64,000 nucleotides of DNA from Azolla caroliniana. Lineage: Eukaryota > Plantae > Polypodiophyta. Made by a program: the position numbers and the translations under genes. The notes under the pieces are model-generated. The model was not told the origin of the DNA. It saw only the letters and a list, made by a program, of their open reading frames with translations, and made no database searches. Below, piece by piece: positions 1-13,419 of the stretch; position 1 is the first letter of the stretch; every line of letters begins with the position of its first letter. Location of the stretch: assembly GCA_043228905.1 (NCBI GenBank), contig JBHGNT010000004.1, positions 21,266,001-21,330,000 of the forward strand. The letters are read 5' to 3'.

Positions 1-436
1 CTACTCCATAGAGGAGTGTTGGTGTCAAAGGCTTTTTTGAAATCCACTAAGCAGCAATAAATCCTCTTATTATGGGCTCGGCCCTCCTCAATAAGGGATT
101 GGAGGGTCAATATGTGATCCAAAGTTATGGACCCATTCCAAAAGCCTGCCTGTCCAGCTGAACGACAACCATTTTGCTCTGCCGATATACTCAATTCTGA
201 CTGTGGGATCGAGCCATATAGTTTAGCCAAGTAATCTCCAATCATGATTATCCTATAGTTGACCAGCATCATGGATCTCCACTCTTGAGGATTTACACAA
301 TGGGATTTTCTGGCCATCTAGTAGGGAAACCTTCATGCACAACTCTATTAAAGTTCTGTGCAAGCAATGGGAGCAAGATGTCATGGGCATAGATAAAGTG
401 CTCACCTACCAATCCATCATGATCCTGGCCCTGAGG
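1..436 (-). mobile_element. Non-LTR (LINE) reverse transcriptase fragment, degenerate
   Basis: Minus-strand translation gives DGLVGEHFIY..LLPLLAQNFNRV..GFPTRW, NYRIIMIG, QAGF..TLDHILTLQSLIEEGRAHNKRIYCCLVDFKKAFD, which are typical non-LTR RT motifs. Runs off the window start. Confidence 0.85.
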
Positions 437-1010
437 CTGCCCTTCTGTGTGCCACTAGCTACAATTTGTAGGCTGTTGGTGTCAATGACTTCCAAAACTG
501 AGCTATCAAAGTAGACATTATAACCTTGCTTAGTGATTTGGTAGATCGAAAGTAAATTACCATATATAGTTCCATAAGATCCCCTCTTTTGATATGTATT
601 CGCATAGAACATGAATCTATATCCCTATGCACAACATGCACTCTCTCATGGAGCTCCTTTTTGTACAACATAGCCACTCATCCTGAGCCTCTAATGTTTC
701 CTAGTGTTTGTGGTTGAGGACGACATACTAATTCCCATTTATATCCTTGTACATTGGGGAGTTTACTAGCTATGCATTGCTGGGTCTCTGTATACCTAGC
801 AATATCTGTGTTCTATAAGGTATCTTCAAAATACCCGACATCTGTCCTTAGAGAGCCATTGCAATTCCTTACATCGTCATGCGGCTCTCTTCTCCATAAT
901 AATGACCTTGCCATCTCTATATACAACCCATTTTCCTTCCTTTCTTGCATCGAGCACTCATGGCATGTTTTTTTTACAATGTGTCAATTGAATTGGAGTG
1001 AATCATCATC
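437..1010 (-). mobile_element. Ty1/copia gag to pre-integrase remnant
   Basis: ORF 406-612 contains NLLSIYQITKQGYNVYF...IVASG, matching the copia protease/GAG-pre-integrase region. Abuts the LINE fragment at about 436. Lies where intron 2 of Nudix copy 1 should be. Right boundary approximate. Confidence 0.6.
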
Positions 1011-1184
1011 TAAATATATTTTGTCACCCTTGAGTGTGCTTCTTTTAGATAGGAAAGCTTTTTTTCTTTTGAATGCTACACACGAGGTCTTTGTGCATCA
1101 CCATGCTGAGCCATTCTTTGGCTTCCGCTCAATTTTAAGTCTACATTTGTAATGATGATAAGTCTTTTGTATAATGTGTTCCAG

Positions 1185-2738
1185 GAGGGCTTTGTGTATC
1201 ACCATGCTGAACCTGACTTCATTATTCTTACATACTGGATTCCTGAAAGTCCATCTACGCTTCCTCCTAATGCTTCTCATCAAGTTGGAGCTGGTGCAAT
1301 TGTAATAAATGACAAAAATGAGGTGTATAATCACCCTTTGCTACAATATGCTGAAGATTGTTTTTCTGCATATGACAATCCTATGCCGCTAAAATCTATC
1401 AGTTTTCTCTTAGATCTTGGTTGTACAAGAACTAACGGGCCCTACAAAGGATACTGGTTTTTGGAAGGTGCCAACCGGTATGGTACACATGGTGAGCAAT
1501 GGTAATAAGAAAGATTTGTTGTTGAGAAAAATAGGAAAATTTGCGGTGTGCAATTTCTTTATTGCTTAAGAAGGCACTTAAATTTATCTTCTGAATACTT
1601 ACTCAAAGTTTGGTTGGAAGCATAGGCTCACATATTAAATAGGCAGTAAGTCCCGTGCTTTATGAATGACCCCACCTTTGGGTGTGGGTGTTGTAGTGAT
1701 TTTTTGTTTCTCTTTCATAATATATGCTCTAATCTTGTTTGAAAAACCTAATACTTTTTAATAACCATGTATATATTGTTTTATATGGACAGGGAGAAGA
1801 CATCAAGGATGGGATAGTGCGTGAAGTAGAAGAGGAAACATCTGTAAGTCATGTTATGGTTTTTTTCAGACAAAGTAGCTGGATAACGACAGAGTAGATC
1901 TTCTATTAGTTTTGATGATTGCTCTGAATAACAGGTTCAAACTGAGTTCATTGAAGTACTTGGCGTCAGGTCAGGTGTCTCAACTATCAAATGTTTCAAA
2001 TCTTTCCAGTTGCACATAATTCCTGCTTTTAACCATTGTGGGAGATAGACAATACCTTGTGCATCCTAAAGGATGCTAAATAAATAGATAATGTCACTGA
2101 GAGTATAAATATAGGTATATGTAAAATGTATAATATCTTGGTGACCCTCTGATTAGGACAAGGACTCTTCGTTCTATGCTCACTTTTATTTGCAACTCAT
2201 TTATGGTTTCCATTATTTGGTGCACCATCATCACTCAAATCTAGGCTTTAGTCTCAGAGAAATTCTTTCAATCTATGAATAATGGAAATGTGTTCTGAAC
2301 TCGTTATGTTTATCTCCTGGTGATTTCTTTTTCTATAGGCAAGCACATGATGTTGCATTTGGCAAGTCGGATCTCTTTTTTCTTTGTGTTTTGAAACCGT
2401 TATCATCGAAAATAGTGGTGCAGGAATCTGAAATAGCAGCAGCCAAGGTATGTTATAAGTGTGAAGCACTAGCTAAGACTGTTTTATCTATGCACATGAT
2501 GATGATGATGGCATTTTGTTTTGTGTAGTGGATGCATTTAGATGATTTCAAACGTCAATCAACCCTTATTAAAAGTGAGTTGGTCACAAAGTTTGTAGAC
2601 ATTGCAACAGCCCATCAGAAAGAGAAATACAGAGGTTTTGGGGCAACACGTCTATCTCATAATCCCCGAAGTTTCTTCTATCACAATATTCACGACATCA
2701 ATGAGTTCCTTGATTCAGAACCAAACATCAGAGTATGA
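1185..2738 (+). CDS. Nudix hydrolase (plant NUDT2/NUDT8-like), copy 1, exons 3-8 only
   Basis: GT-AG exons 1185-1322, 1414-1491, 1793-1843, 1935-1969, 2339-2447, 2529-2738 splice in frame: EGFVYHHAEP...STLPPNASHQVG...WKVPTGMVHMGEDIKDGIVREVEEETSV...HDVAFGKSDLFFLC...EIAAAKWM. Exons 1-2 are not in the window; TE remnants lie upstream. Confidence 0.9.
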
Positions 2739-3370
2739 TTTAGTATGGTATTGGATTCAATAGGATCTGAACAAGAAATGATATAGAATATGATATTTCA
2801 CAACTCAGCATTTGTTTTGACAAATGCACATCTGATAATGTTGATGTTTATGAAGGATTCTTTTGCTCTCTTATGAGAGAGTATTTAATTTGTACTATGA
2901 CAGCATTTTCCTAGTGTATTTTTGGATTGACCATAAAACGATTGGAGATTCTTTAATGCCAATAATACAACGAGGTTGGTTTAGACAATATGCTCATCTT
3001 GTTTTGGGCAAATTTAAGGCTAGACTTTAGCCTGGGCAAAGGTAATAACATAACAAGTAGTTGGATGTTGTAGTGTACTCCACGAATGGATATCTTTCTC
3101 ACAAATACCTTACTTGAAACGTTTTTTAAAAGTTGAAAAAGTGAAGAGACTTTCTTCTTAAAGGGAGAGCATATAAAATGAGATATGTTGTACAAAATAT
3201 GCTGGATACTATGATATGCATTTTACTGTAAATGTGCAATCAAGATAAACAAATTCTCTCAAAGTAGTTAGATAGATACCATGCAGAGGTAACCTTTTTG
3301 TTATTTGAACACCATAGCATATGGTCAAGCAGAGGCTCTCTAGAATTGAAAAAACCTACTTGTTACATTC

Positions 3371-3604
3371 AAAGGTGTATAGATCTTATTAACGACCATC
3401 CTAGTTGTCATGTTTGTATGTCAACGAGATTGAGGCATGGGGCTAACCTACTTTGGAGATTTGCAAAGCTTATTTTAAACATGTTAAACAAAGGTGTATA
3501 GATCTTATTAATGACCATCCTAGTTCTCATGTTTGTATCTCAATGACGTTGGAACGTTGGGCATGGAGTTAACCTACTTTGGAGATTTGCAAAGCTTGTT
3601 TTAA
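3371..3604. repeat. ~120-bp tandem duplication
   Basis: aaaggtgtatagatcttatta...ctttggagatttgcaaagctt occurs at about 3371 and 3490. Confidence 0.8.
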
Positions 3605-4100
3605 TGGATCAAGATCAGAATGTTAAACATGCCCCTAATTTACATGTTTCTATGTAGAACCATAGCCATGTGTTTCAAGCTGGAGGCCCAAGGTAATATG
3701 AGGAAAAGTACATCATATTCATTAATTAGCATTGCTCTTTTCTTTTATTATCTCACCAAGTCAATGAGCGGCATGCTTATAACAAGTAATAATAAGGTTC
3801 ATGCTATTTGAGAGCAATATTTTGACAATTAACATTGAGTTTCATGTGAAAACACTAGAACAATTTGCAAATAATCCAGCTCCAACGCTAGAGGCCTTTA
3901 CAATCCAAATCAATGTGCCTGTGATAAGGGAAAAGGAACTCTAATGAGGACAAAATCAAGGGAACTTTAATATGATTTGTCATATAAAAGTAACCGATAA
4001 GAGAAAGAATATCTTATGATGGCAAACTTTAAACAAAAATGAGGAGAACTTGATCTGATTTGCAATGTAAAAAAGCCACCCAAAGAGGCAATCTTATGAA

Positions 4101-4185
4101 TCCGACCTGCCGGATTCGAACCAGCGACCTAAGGATTTCAGTTTACCACTACAGTCCTCCGCTCTACCAACTGAGCTAAGGTCGG
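4101..4185 (-). tRNA. tRNA-Tyr(GTA) with 12-nt intron
   Basis: Reverse complement CCGACCTTAGCTCAGTTGGTAGAGCGGAGGACTGTAG[tggtaaactgaa]ATCCTTAGGTCGCTGGTTCGAATCCGGCAGGTCGGA is the standard plant cytosolic tRNA-Tyr. Intron 4137-4148 at position 37/38; oligo-T run at 4069-4074. Confidence 0.97.
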
Positions 4186-4479
4186 TTTTGATCTTGTTAG
4201 TTAAATAAAACTATTTAATTATTGAAATTCTATATGATGAATGCTTCATTATTTGCTCAAATTTACAAACATAGGCCCCAACTCTCTCTTTCGATTGCCA
4301 TTCATCGTATCCTCAAACCCCAATGTGTTTGTTCGTCACTTTGTTGCTTCGCTATGATCAAGTCTCGATCCTCTCAATCCTTCATTATTTCTCATTGCTA
4401 CACACCCTTTGTTGTTAATGTCATCAAGTCCTACCATTTGCGGTGATATTGTGGGGTTACACATTTCATTGAAAAGATA

Positions 4480-5250
4480 ATTTGCTAGTGAACGATTCCT
4501 TGAAGTTGTTACATGCCTCAAATGAAAAGCTTGAGAACAGTATCCCAAGTCTAGGACAAGTTTGCCTTGGCTTCACAGTGCATAAAAATTGGAGGAGGTG
4601 GATCTCTTGTAATAAGAGAGATGACAATGTCACACGAAATATCCCTCTCACTAAATTGAAGGGACAAGTATACATACTTAGTCCATTGTTATTTGCTAAA
4701 ATCCTCTTGCATCCTTTGTCATTGTCTTTTGCAACATGTGGTTTTATTCTACAAGACAATTAGTGGCACATGCTTTGGCTAAAAATTCCTTTATGTTTGT
4801 ACAAGACTCAAAAGAAATCTTGAAAACATATGCATGTGTCCGAGGAAGTATCATCTTATCTCTTGCACTGAAACGGATTTAGAAAGTGTGAAATGGTAGA
4901 GGTCTATAATCATGAAAGGTTCAAGATTTAGACACTTGGGAGTATCTATTGGAGGTCAATGTGCCATAATATACTTGATTGAATGGATTGACAATAAGTC
5001 GGGGGACAAGTTTATGCATCGGAAAACTCAATCATGGGGATTTCATACACAACTTCAAGTAGTGCAATTTATTATGGAACCCATGATATTGTATTTTTTG
5101 CTTTCACTTCCTTGGTTTAAGAAGAGATTGTAAGCGGTGTTGTAGCCTCTTTAGTTCATTTTGTGGTAGAAGAAGGATAAGTGAGGGGTTATATGGGATC
5201 ATTTGGCTACATCCAACGACTAGGTGATGGTGGTGTTTTGAATTTGGATA
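4480..5250 (+). mobile_element. LINE-1 RT remnant, highly degenerate
   Basis: PLTKLKGQVYILSPLLFA resembles RQGCPLSPLLF; FRHLGVSIG resembles FRYLGIPIG. Many stops and frameshifts. Its 3' part recurs behind Nudix copy 3 (about 27205-27460). Confidence 0.6.
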
Positions 5251-6599
5251 TGCATTTGATAGATAGAAATTTTTTGTTATTGAGAGTAGTGTAACGACAA
5301 GATCAACCATGGCTTTTTATGGAAATGTATGGATGGGTTTCAAGCATCATGGCGGCAATTGGTTAATGGAAGCTTTGAAATTAAAATTTCACATTCTATA
5401 TGTGCTCTACAATTGATAAAATCTAGGAATCAAACTTTCCTAGATTGCCCCTACTAGAAGAGAAAAAAAGAACCTTTTTAATGTGCTGATTCTGAGCTTG
5501 GATGTGATAGCAGTGTCTGAGGCCTTACGGAGTTGTATACTTTGTTGGCAAAAAGCAATCCTATGGATCTGGAGGAGGGACGCGACAAGACAATTCAAAT
5601 GTTGATGGTATTATATATGCACTTCTAGATATATCGTTTCTTCTTCAATTTAATTTGCATATGTTTTTTCTCTTCATCAAATCACAACGTATGCAATTTT
5701 TATACAAGTCTTTTGGGTTTTCGTTGTCTTGTCGCGCATTTTATAGAATATGGGGATTCTTTTATCGGTGTTATGCATCATGGACAAACGAAAGCTAATT
5801 CTATTGATGTTTGGTTTCCACATTTTGAGACCATTGAGTTTTGTTTATATAGTGAGTCCTCATTTGCAATAGTTCAAACATGTCGATAAACATATAAACA
5901 CTATTATATATTTGTAGTGTTATTCCCAACTCCCAAGAGAACATGGGATTACAATGCAAAAGATTAGTTATTGGTTACACATAGGGTAGTGGAAAGTAGA
6001 GTCAACGTTGTGTCTTTTCTACGATAGTTTTGTACACACTAGAAAAGCTTCCACCTTATTCTATGGAGCATTACGTGTCGTTAAATATAGCAAGACTAGT
6101 CCCATTGAAGTGATTGAGGTAGAATCCCTAAATGTAGATGATATGCTCAACAATGTTCAAACCAAGTATCACACACGCTTTCGAAAAGGGGTCCAAAAGG
6201 GTATGTGCGTGACTAGGTATGGTTGTAATTGCATTGGGACGTCGCGACATGCGAATCCTTCCACTTGATGATGTAGGGGCACATCTTGATGTGGGTGTAC
6301 CTTCCATGTTGACGTGGGAATTATTGACAAGGTGGGTTGAGCGGGGGACCATGACCATTTCAATATATGAACTTCATAATGGTCATGTACCAAGTAGTAG
6401 ACGGGATGTGTACCATTTGCCGAAATGTCATAATTTGTTGCAAAGATGACCTAGTATTTGATGTTGGGTGTGCACGACATGTTGCACAAATGAGCCTGCG
6501 TAAAGAGGCATATCACAAGTCCAAGGCTAGTCCATATGATACCAAAGGAGGTCCATAACGTAGAAAATCGGGAGTGTCATGACAGAGGTTGAATGGTCA

Positions 6600-7600
6600 T
6601 GGATGATGCAAGATTCCTATGCACTCCGAGATCTTGGGAAAGTGGCTCATGTCCAACCCTACTTGCTTGGTGAACCATGATCTCTCACCAGGCAACCATT
6701 TATCTTGATAATTCAAGATAAACAGATGTTGGAAATGTGCGGGGGTTTGTCGCAAACCAACTCTTGGGAAATCGACTCAAAGTTTAAAACAAACCAATTC
6801 GAGCTATACCATTATATGTTGCGGTTGCCCCAAATGCCATAGGGATTGGGATCCCATTATGGTACATGATATGTAGTTCTAATAAGGGGTTAGACAATGA
6901 GCAAATTGCACTCAAAACTTGCTTGCAAGTCATATTCGCAAGGATGCCCAAAGTGAGGCCAAATGCAATGGTGATCGATAAATGTTGGAGACCATACAAT
7001 GTTATATATAATGTGGTTGCTCAAGACCGTCAATCTTGGATTGTTGCAAATGGCAATGGTTGCAAACACATTGTTGCCTTTTGTTGTGTCAGTTCCACGC
7101 AAAAAAATAATGTGTGGACAACTTGTTGCTCGAAGTAAGTGTTGCCGAGAGATTCAGCCATCTCCATCAACAGATGTGTAAACTCATGCATTGCATTACC
7201 GAATCGAGTATATTTCCTTGAGAGGAAGAATAAACAGATCTATTACTGATCTAGTGCATGGCTTAATTGGGGACAGTGAAACCAACACTTGCATCGGAGG
7301 GACCGTCATAGAATGGTAAATGCAACAATAGAAAATATGTGAGAGTGGTAGGTTTGCACCCAATGCAAATTGTAGGGATCAAAGGTCAAGACTTAAAGAG
7401 GTCGAGAGGATACTCGAAAGGTATGTGTCAACTACCAACAAAATGCGTATAGTGGATGAGAACCAATATTAGTTTTGAATATTGAGCATGCCCAATTTCA
7501 ATCTATGGTACAATGTTTCGCCCCAATGCTCATATTGTGATTGCCAAGACCTAGTAAGTAAATGTAAGCATTTACTCGGAAGTCAGAAGCAACAAATTGG
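6600..7600 (+). mobile_element. Mutator/MULE transposase remnant with SWIM finger
   Basis: IDSKFKTN..PLYVAV..G.GIPLWYMI (about 6770-6880), RPNAMVIDK (about 6960), and C-D-C...CKHLLG SWIM motif (about 7535-7580). Frameshifted; no TIRs found; boundaries approximate. Confidence 0.7.
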
Positions 7601-8429
7601 TGTGAAAAGAGGAGCGACAATCAACATCTCGTAAGAACTTATTGGCAGCTCCCCAAACACTTCCAAAATCCCACACTAGAAAACTACATAGAGGTGCCAG
7701 TTGGGCTAGGCGGTGGTTGCCAATATATGAGACTGAGAAGGTTCCATGTTTGCATTGTGATGGCTTGACCTTGACCTCCAGGGACTCGTATGTTGATTGC
7801 TGCAAAAATTGTGGTTGAATTTTGCCATCATCCCCACATCAGCCATAATCATTGCTTATGTTGGATTCAGTTTTCATCCGTAGGGTTTTGGACTTGGATT
7901 GTAGACATTTTGTGATGTTAGATTTTAAACATTTTGTAATTTGAAGTTTTAAGTTTTACGTTTTGTGTAATTGAAGATTGAGGTTTTCTTAGTGGAAATT
8001 TGGTGTCACATTTTTTATGTCAAAATTTTCCTTTTTGAAGAATTTCATGTCTGAATTTGAGTTGGGTGTCCGATTTGAGTCGGCCGACTAACTCAGAGTG
8101 GGTCAGGCATCTAATTTGAGTAGGGCACCTGCATTGAGATAGTTGAGCGTCTCCAGATAGAGAGTAAGGCGACTGGTGATAGAGGCAATCCGAATTGGGC
8201 GCGTTATGGTTGGCGCGCTTCACTAGGCTATTCTCTTCAACAATTATTATGTTACTTTATCTCGTTAGTACTTTTATCTGGTGAAGAGCGCTCTATGATA
8301 TAAGTGGTGGTCAAAATAGGGCACGTTAATATTGACGCGCTATTTTGCCTTGTTCGTGGCTGCGATTCCCTCGCCAGCCCTCTCTTATGATTTGGTGAGG
8401 TTGTGCTTAAGAGTTAACACTATATAATG

Positions 8430-8430
8430 T

Positions 8431-8485
<55 letters not shown>

Positions 8486-8513
8486 TACGTACATACATAC
8501 ATACATACATACA

Positions 8514-8544
<31 letters not shown>

Positions 8545-8724
8545 CATAACATACATACATGCATATCATAACATACATACATACATAACATAACATAGCA
8601 TAACATACATGCATACACATACATACATACATACATACATACATACATACATACATACATACATACATACATACATACATACATACATACATAACATAAC
8701 ATAACATAACATAACATAACATAC
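8430..8724. repeat. Compound microsatellite (CA)n/(TACA)n/(TAACA)n upstream of Nudix copy 2
   Basis: Directly visible. A shorter homologous block lies at 22470-22598 upstream of copy 3. Confidence 0.95.
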
Positions 8725-8852
8725 ATGCATAAGATACATATGAATTGTAGTGACCCATTCATTATTGGAGCTTGGTGTACCAAACAAACGCAAGTGAAGC
8801 TCCTTAGTTTAATTCTGCCTTGCTGCCCCTGCGAGTCTCTTTCAAAGACTGA

Positions 8853-8909
8853 TTCTGTGTCTGTGTCTGTGTCTGTGTCTGTGTCTGTGTCGTCGATTCC
8901 TTATATAAA
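8853..8909 (+). promoter_or_regulatory. (TCTGTG)n tract and TATA box of Nudix copy 2
   Basis: TATATAAA at 8902-8909, about 60 nt before ATG 8969. Conserved at 22759-22766 for copy 3. Confidence 0.65.
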
Positions 8910-8968
8910 TCCAAAATGCTTCCTTCTTTCCTCATGCCTGCCTCCCTATTTTATCTGAACGCCCGACC

Positions 8969-11900
8969 ATGGACTCCAGTAGCTCAGACAAAGATCTTCT
9001 AATCTTCTCAGGTAAAGAAGATCGCTATGGTGGCTTCATCGTCGATTCAGCTGACTTTCCTGCAGATCCTTCTCACTTCATCGAGCGTCTCAGAGTATCT
9101 ATGGATCACTGGAGAGCAAAGGTACATGCGTGAGATAGATAGATATATAGATTTTTTTTATTGTCTTCTGAGATCAAATATGACCCGTGAGACCATAAAT
9201 ATTACATTTCATGTAATACCTGTGAAAGTGAATAGAGACTCATGATGTTCAAGAACATTACCAATGCATGCGCATACTCGACTACTCTCATCACTTTTGC
9301 CCCCAATGCCCCGTTTCACATTGTTACATGCCCAATTGTCAGAGACAACTCAGGGCATTGTTAACTGTGAAGATTTTGGCACCCTTTCAGTGGATTTTTA
9401 ATTCAAGGATCTACAACTTTAGAGGAGCTAATATATCCCATCTGACCATAAATGGTCAGAGAGCACTCTCCCAAACGGTGTACGTGTTCATTTTGTGTTC
9501 TCACTCTACCTATTACTAGGAAGTTGGCAACTGGTGTTGTATCTTGCTAGGGGCACGTTGTCAAATATCTTAATTGCTTGCCCACATGCTCTGCCCTCCA
9601 TATTGATGATTTGGAGTGTAGAATTATAATCTGGAGTAGAGAAACAATTCTGGAAATCTATGGTATACATTTTTCTCCTATTTCTTGGCCTACATATGGG
9701 GGGAGCTAATGTAGTATGACGAAGCATAGATCCATTCCACATGGCATTATGTATAACCATGATAATTATGTAGTAAATAATTGAGTGCAATATAGAGTTT
9801 TTGTTTGCTGCATAACATTTCAGATTTGTTTGATTGAATGTTTGGTTTCTTGCAGTCCTTTAGAGGGATATGGCTAAAGTTACCGATTAAGAATTCAAAC
9901 CTTGTCCATCCTGCTATTGAGGTAAAATAGTTCTTTAAATTTAGAGCATCGTTTGTTGATTTTAGTAACATATGTAAATTGCATGAAGAGAAGCAATTAG
10001 AAATCTCATAGAACTAATCATTGCATTTGGACGACTTTATGCTGCATATTTGAGGTAGTTTTATAGTTATACCTTTTGTTATGGTTTAAAGACATGCCAG
10101 AAATGATACAGAGATATTTTCCTTTTTTATATTACTAGTGTAACTTAGAATACTTCAATTTCTTGCAATCAGAACAAGGACATGTTGCACTCAAAGCCTG
10201 TTAATGTTGTCTCCACTTATAGAAAGGAAACGAATGGATATACTGGGATAGGTATCCTGAAAATATTCTTTAGCTTCAGTTCAATTTTAGGTCTACATTT
10301 GTAATGATGACAACTCTTTTGGACAACTCTTTTGAATGCTTCGCTCCAGGAGATCTTTGTGCATCACCATGCTGAGCCTTACTTTATCAACATATTCTTT
10401 GGCTTCTGCTCAATTTTAAGTCTACGTTGGTAATGATGATAAGTCTTTTGTATGACGTGTTCCAGGAGGGCTTTGTGTACCACCATGCTGAACCTGACTA
10501 CATCATGCTTACATACTGGATTCCTGAGAGTCCATCTACACTTCCTCCTAATGCTTCTCATCAAGTTGGAGTTGGTGCAATTGTAATAAATGACAAAAAT
10601 GAGGTGTATAATCACTCTTCGCTACATTGTGCTGAAGATCCTTTTTTTTCTCCATATGACAACAATCCTATGCTGCTAAATATATCAGTTTTGTCTTAGA
10701 TCTTGGTTGTACAAGAACTAACAGGCCCTACAAAGGATACTGGTTTTTGGAAGGTGCCAAGTGGCACGGTACACATGGTGAGCAATGATAATCAGAAAGC
10801 ATCGTTGTTGAGAAAATTAGGAAAATTTGCGGATGTGCAATTTCTTTATTGCTTAAGAAGGCATTTAAATTTATCTTCTGAATACTTACTCAAAGTTTGG
10901 TTGGAAGCATAGGCTCACATATTAAATAGGCAGTAAGTCCCGTGCTTTATGAATGACCCCACCTTTGGGTGTGGGTGTTGTAGTGATTTTTTGTTTCTCT
11001 TTCATAATATATGCTCTAATCTTGTCAAAAAATGTATTATTTTCTAATAACCATGTATATATTGTTTTATATGCACAGGGAGAAGACCTCAAGGATGGGA
11101 TAGTGCGTGAAATAGAAGAGGAAACATCTGTAAGTCATGTTATGGTTTTTTTCAGACAAAGTAGCTGGATAACGACAGAGTAGATCTTCTATTAGTTTTG
11201 ATGATTGCTCTGAATAACAGGTTCAAACTGAGTTCATTGAAGTACTTGGCATCAGGTCAGGTGTCTCAACTATCAAATGTTTCAAATCTTTCCAGTTGCA
11301 CATAATTCCTGCTTTTAACCATTGTGAGAGATAGACAATACCTTGTGCATCCTAAAGGATGCTAAGTAAATAAGTAATGGTACTGAGGTTATAAATATAG
11401 GTATATGTAAAATGCATAATATGTTGTTGATTTTATGATTAGGACAAGGACTCTTCGTTCTATGGTCACTTTTATTTGCAACTCATTTATGTGATTCTCA
11501 GATCGCTGCACCATTATCACGCAAATCTAGACTTTCAATCTATGTAATGAAAATTTGTTTTGAACTCATTATGTTTTTTCTCCTTTTGATTTCTTTTTCG
11601 ATAGGCAAGTACATGGTGTTGCATTTGGCAAGTCAGATCTCTTCTTTCTTTGTCTTTTGAAACCGTTATCATTGAAAATAGTGGTGCAGGAATCTGAAAT
11701 AGCAGCAGCCAAGGTATCTAATAAATCTGAAGCACTTTACTCTTGCTCAAACTGTTTCATCTATTCACATGGTAATGATGGTATTTTGTTCTGTGTAGTG
11801 GATGCATTTAGATGATTTCAAACATCAATCATCCCTTATTAAAAGTGAGATGATCACAAGGTTTGTAGACATTGCGATAGCCTGTCAGAAAGAGAAATAT

Positions 11901-12011
11901 ATAGGTTTTGGGGCAACACGTCTATCACATAATCCCCGAAGGCCTGGGACATTCTTCTATCACAATATTCACGACATCGATGAGTTCCATGATTCAGAAC
12001 CAAACATTTAG
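8969..12011 (+). CDS. Nudix hydrolase (plant NUDT2/NUDT8-like), copy 2, 280 aa
   Basis: Exons 8969-9121, 9856-9921, 10466-10603, 10700-10777, 11079-11129, 11221-11255, 11605-11713, 11799-12011 total 843 nt, all GT-AG and open. N-terminus EDRYGGFIVD...SMDHWRAK/SFRGIWLKLPI; Nudix box GTVHMGEDLKDGIVREIEEETSV. Confidence 0.93.
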
Positions 12012-13145
12012 TATGGTATTGGATTCTCTAGGATCTGAACAAGAAATGATATGGAATGTGATATTTCACAACTTAGCATTTGTTTTGACAAATGCACAAT
12101 ATGATAATATTGACGTGTATGATGCATCCTTCCGCTCTCTTGTGGGAGAAGATTTGCGTTGTAATATTAACCCAGAGCATTTGCTAGTGTGTTTTTGGAT
12201 TGACCATAAATGATTGGAGATGTTTTAATGCCAATAAATTCCATGATGTTGGTTTACAGAATAAGCTCACATTGTTTGGGCCCAATTCAAGGTTAGATTG
12301 TATCCTGTTAGAAAAGAATGAGACAAATGTTAAAATCTTAACAAGTAGTTGGATGTCGTGTTGTAATAGACGGATATCTTTAACACAAGTACCTTACTTG
12401 ACACTTTTTTAAAACTTTTGAGTAAATGAAGAGACGTTATTCTTAAAGAGAGCATATAAAATGAGATACGTTGCACACAATATGCTGGATATATTATGGG
12501 TTGCATTTTACTAGATACATGCAATCAAGACAAATAAATTCTCTAAAAGAAGGTTCATAGAAATATCATAAATTCTCTAAAAGAAGGAATATTTTGTTAT
12601 TTGAACACCATAGCATGTAGCACAAAGCAGAGATCTTGTTAACAACCGTCCTAGTTGTAATTTAATATGGGTACAACCATAGCCATGTGCATTAAGCTCG
12701 AGGCCCTAGGTAATAAGAGGCATAAATTTGATTTGAAAGTTGATTGAATCATAAATATGATTGGTGATTGGTCTTTTGGACATCCTCCACTGTGGGGAAC
12801 TTGACAAAGCACATCAAATTCATGAAATGGCAATGCACTTTTCTTTTGTTATTTCACCGAGACAATGAGTGACATGCTTGTAGCAAGTACTAGTAAGCTC
12901 CATGTTTTTTAAGAACAATATTTTGATAGTTAATTATGCGTTTCATGCGATACCATTAGAACAATTTGCAAATACTCCCTCTCCATGCCAGACACCTTTA
13001 CACTTCAAACCAATATGTGCATTACAATAAGGAAAATAGATTTCCTTTTATGACAAACTTTATACAGAAACAAGGAAACCTCAATCTCATTTGCCATATA
13101 AAAGAAACAATATCTATAGTAAAATATCCAATTAGGCGTGTATGT

Positions 13146-13213
13146 AGATCCGAACAAGCAACTAAAGGATTTCCGATTTCCCCTACAAGGCCTATTAATT
13201 TAGATAAGGTCTA
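13146..13213 (-). pseudogene. Decayed tRNA-Tyr paralog
   Basis: gatccgaacaagcaactaaaggatttccgatttcccctacaaggcct aligns with gattcgaaccagcgacctaaggatttcagtttaccactacagtcct of the intact gene. Flanks are homologous (gaatgcttcattattt...caaaccccaatgtgtttgttc). Confidence 0.75.
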
Positions 13214-13419
13214 TCAAAATGGATTTCCTTTTATTCAAATTTTATTTCATGAATGCTTCATTATTTACTGAAATTTACAAATGATCCATGGGCCTCAACA
13301 ATCTCTTTCCATTCTCACTCTTTGTATCTTCAAACCCCAATGTGTTTGTTCACTCCATGACTTAATTTCTTTGTCGTGATTGAGTTTGGATCAAGGAAAT
13401 GTCCACAAACCTCATTTGA

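Noticed and set aside
8420-8793. ORFs rich in MYVC repeats (also 22399-22662 and 37631-38200)
   Set aside because: Translations of (TATG)n micro- and minisatellites that lack stops in several frames; not genes.
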